Position numbers and translations under genes: made by a program. 64,000 nucleotides of DNA from a bacterium (lineage in GTDB: Bacteria > Patescibacteriota > Minisyncoccia > UBA6257 > 02-FULL-45-10c), in contig JAJYMK010000003.1 of assembly GCA_021786945.1 (NCBI GenBank), forward strand, positions 457,471 to 521,470. The letters are read 5' to 3'. The first letter of the stretch is position 1, and the number at the start of each line of letters is the position of its first letter. This document shows, piece after piece, positions 49,340 through 56,329 of this stretch. The notes below the pieces were generated by a model that did not search any database, was not told the origin of the DNA, and was given only the letters and a program-made list of their open reading frames with translations.

Positions 49340-49852
49340 CTAATAAATCAGTTTGATTATCTGTTCCACTAATTCCTCCTCGATTAAATTATCGGCTTTT
49401 ATAATATAATCCGCAAATTTTCTGTAAGCCGCGTCCCTTTCTTCAAAAAGCTTTTTCAATCCTTTTTCTTTCAGCCCAACTATACCACCCTTAATCGGCC
49501 TAAGCCCAAGTCTTATCTCGATTTCTTTTAGCGGAAGTTCTATATAAATAATTTTGGTCTCCCTTGCCACTTTTTCCATGGCTTCCACGGAATAAATAAG
49601 GCTTCCTCCCGGAGAAAAAATAATATCCGAATCCTCAAAATCTATTTCCAAGGTATATTGATTTTCCAAATTCAACAATTCTTTTTCTCCTTGTTTTTCC
49701 AGAATTTCATCATAACTTTTTCCAGTTTTTTCTTTTATCAAATCATCCAGATCAATAAAATCCCAGCCCAATTTATCAGCCACTAATTTTCCGATAGTAG
49801 ACTTCCCCGAAGTCGGCATCCCTATTAAAGTTATAGATTTTTTTTCTTTCAT
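49340..49852 (-). CDS. shikimate-kinase-family kinase (possible homoserine kinase)
   Basis: GMPTSGKST, DLD, SPGGS, ERxxxY; lies within the thr cluster. Confidence 0.85.
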   Translation of the reverse strand: MKEKKSITLIGMPTSGKSTIGKLVADKLGWDFIDLDDLIKEKTGKSYDEILEKQGEKELLNLENQYTLEIDFEDSDIIFSPGGSLIYSVEAMEKVARETKIIYIELPLKEIEIRLGLRPIKGGIVGLKEKGLKKLFEERDAAYRKFADYIIKADNLIEEELVEQIIKLIY

Positions 49853-49939
49853 TAAGTTTATTATTTTCTAAATTTTATCATTTCCTCAAGCCGTTTCGCT
49901 CATCCCAGCGGATTCACTCACTAGTTCCTCGCCTCGCTC

Positions 49940-50076
49940 GTTCTATATACTAAATTGTCGTGGAGAAGATTCGGAGCTCCGACATGCTTGGTTCCGATGT
50001 CGGAGTGAGACTCAGGAGTTGTTCCGCGCCGGACGGAACAAACTCCGATTCTCGTAGACAATTTAGTATATAGAAC
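49940..50076. repeat. palindromic dispersed element copy 1 (perfect 20-bp terminal inverted repeat)
   Basis: GTTCTATATACTAAATTGTC...GACAATTTAGTATATAGAAC; 111-nt core is 108/111 identical to the reverse complement of 63491-63601. Confidence 0.85.
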
Positions 50077-50128
50077 ACCTTGCCCGCTCGGCTGAGCAGC
50101 TTTCGGAAAAAGATAAGATTTAGAAAAA

Positions 50129-51211
50129 TTATAAGATATATCCCTTTTTATATAATAACTCAGCTGTCAAAATAGCGCCTCCGGCTGCACCTCTTATGGT
50201 ATTGTGCGACAAAGCCACAAATTTCCAATCAAATGCAAAATCCTCACGGAATCTGCCACAAGTAATACCCATTCCTCTTCCGTAATCCCTATCCAATTTA
50301 GTTTGTGGCCTGTTCTCTTCGGCAAAATAATAAATAAACTTTTCAGGCGAAGACGGCAAACCTAATCCCGCCAAAGGATTTTTAAAATTATTTATTGAGT
50401 CAAGAATTTGCCTTAACGACGGCTTCTTTTTGAATTTAACCGCCACGCTAGCCATATGTCCATCGGAACAAGCAACTCTTATACAAGTAGCTGAAATATT
50501 TATATTTTTTGCAGGTACAATCTTTTTGCCCTTTATAGATCCCAAAATTTTCAATGGTTCTTTTTCAGTTTTTTCTTCTTCTCCGCCTATAAACGGGATG
50601 CAATTGTCCACCATTTCCGGCCAGGATTCAAAAGTTTTTCCGGCTCCGGAAATAGCCTGCAAAGTAGTCACCGAAACAGTTTTTGGGCCAAACTTTTTCA
50701 AGGCATGAATTATGGGTAAATACGACTGGAGGGAGCAATTCGGCTTTACAACTAACAAACCATTTTTCCAGCCCCGATTTTTTCTCTGAATATCTATAAT
50801 ATCCAAGTGGTCGCAATTCAACTCCGGCATAATCATAGGCACGTCATCCGTCCATCTGTGAGCGGAATTATTGGAAACCACCGCCACGCCAGCGGCAGCA
50901 TATCGCTCCTCAACTTCTTTGATTTTTTGCTTATCTAAATCTATTGCTGAAAAAACCAAATCAACGCTTTTTACGATCTCATCAAAATCTTCTTCAACAG
51001 CCTTAATAATTATATTTTTTACGTTTTCGGGAATAGCAGTTTTCATATTCCACCTTCCATTCATTACCTCTCCATATTTTTTCCCGGCTGACTGCGGCGA
51101 TGCGGCAACAACCACAACATTAAACCATGGGTGATTTTCCAAAAGAGAAATAAATCTCTGTCCGACCATTCCCGTAGCTCCTAAAATACCCACATTTATT
51201 TTTTTATTCAT
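50129..51211 (-). CDS. asd: aspartate-semialdehyde dehydrogenase
   Basis: GATGMVGQ, SNNSAHR, KPNCS, QAISGAG, HNTIRGAAG. Confidence 0.97.
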   Translation of the reverse strand: MNKKINVGILGATGMVGQRFISLLENHPWFNVVVVAASPQSAGKKYGEVMNGRWNMKTAIPENVKNIIIKAVEEDFDEIVKSVDLVFSAIDLDKQKIKEVEERYAAAGVAVVSNNSAHRWTDDVPMIMPELNCDHLDIIDIQRKNRGWKNGLLVVKPNCSLQSYLPIIHALKKFGPKTVSVTTLQAISGAGKTFESWPEMVDNCIPFIGGEEEKTEKEPLKILGSIKGKKIVPAKNINISATCIRVACSDGHMASVAVKFKKKPSLRQILDSINNFKNPLAGLGLPSSPEKFIYYFAEENRPQTKLDRDYGRGMGITCGRFREDFAFDWKFVALSHNTIRGAAGGAILTAELLYKKGYIL

Positions 51212-51223
51212 ATTTTTATTAAT

Positions 51224-53665
51224 TTATATTTTCAAAATATCAGCCAATACTCCGCCCGCCGTAACATCCGCTCCGGCACCCGGCCCTTGCACAACCAACG
51301 GTCTTTCTTTATATCTCTTACTGTAAAAAGCGAAAATATTGTCCGCGCCGCGGGTAGAAGCCAACGGATTATCTTTGGACACCATCTCCAATTTTGCCGA
51401 CGCCTCGCTCTTCTGAATCTTAGCCACATACCTCAAAACACAGCCAATTTTTTCGGCTTTTTCGGAAAGTTTTCTGAATTGAGAATCAAACTTCTTTAAC
51501 TCGGACATAAACACTTCCACGTCTTTTATTTTTCGTAATTTTTCCGGAACCAGGCTTTCTATTTTTATATCCTTAAAATCCAATTCCAAGCCGATTTCCC
51601 TGGCCAATATAAGCAGTTTTCTGCCTACATCCTGGCCGCTCAAATCTTCACGCGGATCCGGCTCGGTATAACCCAATTTTCTCGCCTTAGCCACAATTTC
51701 ACTGAAAGACACGCCGCTGCCAAAATTATTAAAAATATAGCTGAGTGTTCCCGAAAATATACCCTCGATTCTTTCTATTTTATCTCCGCTAGCAATCAAA
51801 TCCCTTAAAGTCGAGATAACCGGCAAAGCGGCGCCCACATTAGTTTCATAAAAAAACTTCTTTCTATTGCCGGCCAAAACATCCCTAAGTTTTTTATAAT
51901 CTTTCATTGGCGAAACATTGAATTTTTTATTGGGAGAAACAATACTGAAACCAGCTTCGGCAATTTTAATATATTTTTTGGAAATAAATTCGCTGGCCGT
52001 GCAATCGACAAAAACCTTATTGGCAAAATTAAATTTTTGCGCGTCATCAATCCATTTATCAAAATTTGCCGCTTCTCCTCCTTTTTCCATAATCTTTTTC
52101 CAATTTTTCAAATCAATTCCCCGTTCATTGAGTAGCATTTTTTTATCGTTGATGATTCCACAAACACGGAGAGCTCCGCCGAGTTCATAAATTTGTCCGA
52201 GTAATGTTCCGCCAATATTTCCGGTTCCAACTAAAAATATATTTTTTAAACCACCAAAAACAAACTGATCATGGATAAGATTTAATGCTTTTATTTTATC
52301 TTTACCTTCCACCGTCAAAGAAATATTTCTTTCCGATCCGCCTTGGGCAATAGCGGTAACACTTATTTTGCTGTCTCCCAATGCTTTGAATAATTTTCCC
52401 GAGATACCCGGTGTTCCGCGCATATTATCGCCGACAATGGCGATAATTGCCTGATTAGAAATAAAGCTCAAATTAACCGATTTATTTCCTATTTCTTTTT
52501 TAAATTCCTGTTTTAAAGAATCCAGAGCTGCTTCCAATTCGGACGTTTTAATAGCCAGACAAATAGTGTGCTCAGAAGACGCCTGGGAAATCAAAATAAC
52601 ATTGGCTTTGGCGCGCCTAGTGGCGTCAAAAACTCTGGCTGCGCTTCCGGGAATACCTATCAAACTGACTCCGCCGACAATCACCAGTGAAATATCGTCT
52701 ATAGAAGTAATTCCTTTCACCAAAGAAACTCCGTGATCGGGATTTTTAAGCACAAACGTACCTACAGCTGCTGGATTAAACGTATTTTTTATGACAATAG
52801 GAATTCCCTTTTTAACAGCCGGCAACATAGTGGCGGGATGGATAACTTTAGCTCCGAAATAAGCCAATTCTACAGCCTCCTCATAGCTCACCTCTTTCAA
52901 AACAACGGCATTTTTTACCAATTTAGGATCGGCGCTTAAAATTCCGTCTACATCCGTCCAAATCTCAACAATTTTGACGCTCAAAGCCGCACCGAAAATA
53001 GCAGCCGAATAATCGGAACCGCCTCTTCCCAAAGTCGTAGTTTCGTTATTTTTCGTTGAACCCAAAAAACCGGTAATCACGGGGATTCCCTGTTTATCTT
53101 TAAAATATTTTTTTATGATTTTATTTGTTTCCGAAAAATCCACCGTCGCATTCACAAAATTATCATCCGTTTTCACCAATTCTCTGGCATCGACAAAATA
53201 ACTTTTTTTGGAAAGCCCGTCCTTAATATATCCCGACACTATAAAAGCCGAGAATCTTTCTCCGAAGCTGGCCACCAAATCTAGTTGTTTGGAAGAAGCT
53301 TCTTTTTTGGAAAATATTTTCTCTAAAACTTCGCTTAATTCTCCAATTAGCTTTTCAACGTATTCAAAGGCAATTGCCTGATTATTTTTGGATTTTATCA
53401 ATTTTTTAATTGATTCTATATGGCGCTTTTTTATTAACCCAACCTCATCTTTATATTTTATGTCTCCAGCCGCAGCAAATTTAGCCGACTTCAAAAGCTG
53501 ATCGGTAATTCCCTGAAAAGCCGAAACCACCATAGCGACTCCATCCCCTCGATTATGCTCGGGGCAAGCTTTTTTTGCTGCATCAACTACTATTTTAGAC
53601 GCCTTCTTAATCATTTCCGGAGTACCTACCGACGAACCTCCAAATTTTAATATTTTCGTAATCAT
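51224..53665 (-). CDS. thrA: bifunctional aspartokinase/homoserine dehydrogenase I
   Basis: KFGGSSV, TLGRGGSDYSA, two ACT domains, GTGNIG, YETNVGAALP, GPGAG. Confidence 0.96.
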   Translation of the reverse strand: MITKILKFGGSSVGTPEMIKKASKIVVDAAKKACPEHNRGDGVAMVVSAFQGITDQLLKSAKFAAAGDIKYKDEVGLIKKRHIESIKKLIKSKNNQAIAFEYVEKLIGELSEVLEKIFSKKEASSKQLDLVASFGERFSAFIVSGYIKDGLSKKSYFVDARELVKTDDNFVNATVDFSETNKIIKKYFKDKQGIPVITGFLGSTKNNETTTLGRGGSDYSAAIFGAALSVKIVEIWTDVDGILSADPKLVKNAVVLKEVSYEEAVELAYFGAKVIHPATMLPAVKKGIPIVIKNTFNPAAVGTFVLKNPDHGVSLVKGITSIDDISLVIVGGVSLIGIPGSAARVFDATRRAKANVILISQASSEHTICLAIKTSELEAALDSLKQEFKKEIGNKSVNLSFISNQAIIAIVGDNMRGTPGISGKLFKALGDSKISVTAIAQGGSERNISLTVEGKDKIKALNLIHDQFVFGGLKNIFLVGTGNIGGTLLGQIYELGGALRVCGIINDKKMLLNERGIDLKNWKKIMEKGGEAANFDKWIDDAQKFNFANKVFVDCTASEFISKKYIKIAEAGFSIVSPNKKFNVSPMKDYKKLRDVLAGNRKKFFYETNVGAALPVISTLRDLIASGDKIERIEGIFSGTLSYIFNNFGSGVSFSEIVAKARKLGYTEPDPREDLSGQDVGRKLLILAREIGLELDFKDIKIESLVPEKLRKIKDVEVFMSELKKFDSQFRKLSEKAEKIGCVLRYVAKIQKSEASAKLEMVSKDNPLASTRGADNIFAFYSKRYKERPLVVQGPGAGADVTAGGVLADILKI

Positions 53666-53691
53666 TTTTATTTATTAATAATTATTTTTCC

Positions 53692-53757
53692 AAAAAAATT
53701 CCCAGCTCTTAAGCCGGGGTTAGTTTATTTTTATACAATTCAACTAAGACCTCGGCT
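53692..53757 (-). promoter_or_regulatory. thr transcription attenuator (antiterminator/terminator)
   Basis: terminator CCCGGCT-TAAG-AGCTGGG plus T7; competing antiterminator AGCCGAGG..TTAGTT / AACTAA-CCCCGGCT. Confidence 0.8.
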
Positions 53758-53803
53758 AAGGGCTTGTGGTAGTAGTTGTAGTTGTAAAAACGACTTTATT
53801 CAT
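53756..53803 (-). CDS. thrL: thr operon leader peptide
   Basis: MNKVVFTTTTTTTSP*, seven consecutive Thr codons, upstream of the attenuator and thrA. Confidence 0.85.
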   Translation of the reverse strand: MNKVVFTTTTTTTSP

Positions 53804-53899
53804 TACTTCTTTATCATAACAACCGTCAATTTTTAGTCAAAGCCGGAAAAGGTGAATAAAAATCCCCCTGTTCATAACAGAACAAGGGGATGTTTTTTT

Positions 53900-54532
53900 T
53901 TACTTCCTGAAAGGAAGCACGCCATCGATAAGGCCGTAAGCTTTCGCTTCTTCGGCGGACATATAGAGGTTCCTCTCCATGTCCTTCTGGACCTTTTCGA
54001 AGGTCTGGCCGCAATGCTTAGCGATGATCTCGGTAAGCACCTTCTTGTTGAGCTGCATTTCCTTGGCCTCGATTTCGATGTCCGTTGCCTGACCGGAAAT
54101 GCCGCCGCCCATTATCAGGGGCTGGTGGATCATGATACGGGAGTTTGGCAGCGCGAAACGCTTACCTTTTGTTCCCGACGCCAGGATCACCGCACCGAAG
54201 CTCATCGCCATCCCCATACACACGGTAGAGACAGGGCTCTTGATGAACTGCATAGCATCGTAAACAGCCAAGCCGGCCGTTACCATGCCGCCGGGCGAAT
54301 TTATGTAAAGGCAGATATCTTTGGAATCATCTTGTGAATCCAAGTACAGCATCTGCGCGATCAGTGAATTCGCTGACTCGGTAGTGAACTCGCCTTCGTA
54401 ACCACCCACAAAGATAATGCGGTCGGTTAAAAGACGGGAGTAGATATCGTAAGCCCTTTCCACGCCAGCCACCTTCCCGATGACAGTCGGGATAACGCTG
54501 ACGGCTTTTATCACGCCACGTTCCTTTTTCAT
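53900..54532 (-). CDS. clpP: Clp protease proteolytic subunit, second GC-rich paralog
   Basis: [30 protein letters not shown]; AAGGAG SD. Confidence 0.93.
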   Translation of the reverse strand: MKKERGVIKAVSVIPTVIGKVAGVERAYDIYSRLLTDRIIFVGGYEGEFTTESANSLIAQMLYLDSQDDSKDICLYINSPGGMVTAGLAVYDAMQFIKSPVSTVCMGMAMSFGAVILASGTKGKRFALPNSRIMIHQPLIMGGGISGQATDIEIEAKEMQLNKKVLTEIIAKHCGQTFEKVQKDMERNLYMSAEEAKAYGLIDGVLPFRK

Positions 54533-54660
54533 AATCCTTCCTCCTTACCAAGAATTTCTGAATCGAACTTAATTTTCAAGCTCCTAATTTAAACCTAAAT
54601 TAAAAATAAAACTCCGTCAATAATAAAAGACCTCTGTTATATAGAGGTCTTTCAAAAAAA

Positions 54661-55263
54661 TTATTTTTTAACTTTTATTATCTCGTCCACTAAACCATAT
54701 TCTTTTGCTTCCTGCGGACTAAGCCAATAATCTCTGTCTGTATCTTTTTGTATTTTACTCAAAGATTGACCCGTGTGTTTAGCTAGAATCTGATTAAGCT
54801 GTTCTCTCATCCTCAAAATATGCTTTGCACTGATTTCGATCTCGGTAGCTTGGCCGCCGATTCCCTCGCTCATCACCTGATGGATCAAAACTTCGGAATT
54901 CGGAAGTATAAATCTTTTTCCTTTAGCTCCCGCGGCCAGAAGTACGGCGCCCATAGAAGCCGATATTCCTACACCAATGGTAGAAACATCACACTTCACA
55001 TGCTGCATAGTATCATAAATAGCCAATCCCGCACTCACGGAACCGCCCGGAGAATTTATATAAAGCTTAATGTCTTTTTTGGGATCCTCGTGTTCCAAAA
55101 AAAGCAGCTGGGCAATAATTGTATTCGCCATACCATCACTTACAGGACCGCCCAAGAATATTATCCTCTCCTTTAAAAGGCGAGAATAAATATCGTAAGC
55201 CCTCTCACCCATAGAACTTTTTTCAATAACTGTCGGGATTAAATATTCATTTTTTTCATTCAT
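54661..55263 (-). CDS. clpP: Clp protease proteolytic subunit
   Basis: [22 protein letters not shown] (full triad). Confidence 0.97.
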   Translation of the reverse strand: MNEKNEYLIPTVIEKSSMGERAYDIYSRLLKERIIFLGGPVSDGMANTIIAQLLFLEHEDPKKDIKLYINSPGGSVSAGLAIYDTMQHVKCDVSTIGVGISASMGAVLLAAGAKGKRFILPNSEVLIHQVMSEGIGGQATEIEISAKHILRMREQLNQILAKHTGQSLSKIQKDTDRDYWLSPQEAKEYGLVDEIIKVKK

Positions 55264-55458
55264 ACCAGGTCAGTAGAAATTCAATAATAATTATTTATAT
55301 TGCGACTTAAATTAAATTTATATATTTATTACCAAACAATGATTTAATTCAATACCATGGTCGCTTCGCGACCCAATTGAATTTTCACTGCCTGGCATAT
55401 ACATAATTATAACTAATTTTCACAAAATATTAATACCCGACACGGCCATAGTCAATAG

Positions 55459-55535
55459 TTGACATTTTGACCTAAAAATTTTAGTTTGTAGATAGTTTAA
55501 AGCTCTTTAAAAAAGCTACCCAAGCTAACAGGAGG
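55459..55535 (+). promoter_or_regulatory. sigma70 promoter, boxA-like motif and SD of the RAMP-like gene
   Basis: TTGACA(55459)-17-TAGTTT; GCTCTTTAAAAA at 55502; AGGAGG at 55530. Confidence 0.6.
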
Positions 55536-55542
55536 ATATGGT

Positions 55543-56127
55543 ATGGAAAGCAAAATAAAAGTTGTTCTGGAAGGCATCGGCCGCGGCCTCCTCATGCATA
55601 AATTTTGCATCGAGGCTTACGAAAACCAGGTAAAGAAGAACAAAGCCAAGCCTTCGCCTGAAGAAGAGGCGGAAAGAGTGGCTTATCGCCTGGCGCCCGA
55701 AAAAGAATCCGAAAAAGGACAGCTCTGCCTTCCGGCCGAGCACTTCATAGGATCTCTTATCTCGGCGGGAGCTGGCTTCAAGCAAGTCGGCGGCGGCAAG
55801 AAAACCTACAAAAGCGTACTCACCGGCAATCTGGATATCTGCCCAGAAAACGTGGGCCTCACGGACGCGAAAGGCACTCCGCTGAAGGACTACAAAATAG
55901 ACAGTCGCCCGGTATGTATCAGGGCAACTAAAGGCCGGATTATCCGCCACCGCCCGCTTATAGAAGTAGGCTGGCGCGCGGAATTCACATTAGTACTCTC
56001 GGACGATTCGGTTCCGCTAGAGGTAATCAAGGCGGTTCTCGAAGAAGCCGGTAAAAGCAAATGCGTCGGCGATTTTCGCCCGCGCTTCGGCCAGTTCCGA
56101 GTTATTTCCGTGGACAAAATTCAGTAA
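55543..56127 (+). CDS. stand-alone Cas7/RAMP-like RNA-binding protein (Vipr-like)
   Basis: N-terminal V.LEG...LLMH, LCLP...IGSL..A, D.RPV...RI.RHRP...W.AEF.L and C-terminal Gly-rich loop AG...VGDFRPRFGQFRV, the motif order of a RAMP/RRM fold. Confidence 0.75.
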   Translation: MESKIKVVLEGIGRGLLMHKFCIEAYENQVKKNKAKPSPEEEAERVAYRLAPEKESEKGQLCLPAEHFIGSLISAGAGFKQVGGGKKTYKSVLTGNLDICPENVGLTDAKGTPLKDYKIDSRPVCIRATKGRIIRHRPLIEVGWRAEFTLVLSDDSVPLEVIKAVLEEAGKSKCVGDFRPRFGQFRVISVDKIQ

Positions 56128-56133
56128 ATCAAG

Positions 56134-56198
56134 ATTGCCTTCGCTCCACTTTACATGAGGTATGGTAAGGTGAGGTGCGGTTAGGTGAGGTGTGGAAT
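56134..56198 (+). ncRNA. GGY-NN pentamer array 1 with fold-back leader (candidate guide RNA)
   Basis: GGT at 56159, 64, 69, 74, 79, 84, 89 and GGA at 56194; internal NN = AT AA GA GC TA GA GT. Confidence 0.7.
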
Positions 56199-56210
56199 AC
56201 TCAAACCTAA

Positions 56211-56283
56211 ATTGCTTTGACGTACCAAGGTCTGGTGCGGCGAGGTGAGGTGAGGTTTGGTAAGGTTGGGTAGGGTGTGGTAA
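56211..56283 (+). ncRNA. GGY-NN pentamer array 2 with fold-back leader (candidate guide RNA)
   Basis: 11 GGY units at exact 5-nt period, 56229-56281; internal NN = CT GC GA GA GA TT AA TG AG GT. Confidence 0.72.
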
Positions 56284-56287
56284 AACA

Positions 56288-56324
56288 AAAGCCCTCCGGT
56301 GAAAATCGGAGGGCTTTCTTTTTT
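56288..56324. terminator. intrinsic terminator closing the RAMP/array unit, convergent with tig
   Basis: AAAGCCCTCCG-GTGAAAAT-CGGAGGGCTTT followed by a T-tract. Confidence 0.85.
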
Positions 56325-56329
56325 ATTAA

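Noticed and set aside
55525-56117. Antisense ORFs 55525-55950 and 55890-56117
   Set aside because: They lie opposite the SD-led RAMP-like gene and have no recognisable motifs.
56159-56281. GGTNN runs as a microsatellite, coding repeat or G-quadruplex only
   Set aside because: The NN positions are too variable for slippage while the 5-nt period is exact, there is no SD-led ORF, and they sit right behind a RAMP-like gene. A two-tier G4 is possible but would not explain the fixed Y or the matched leaders.
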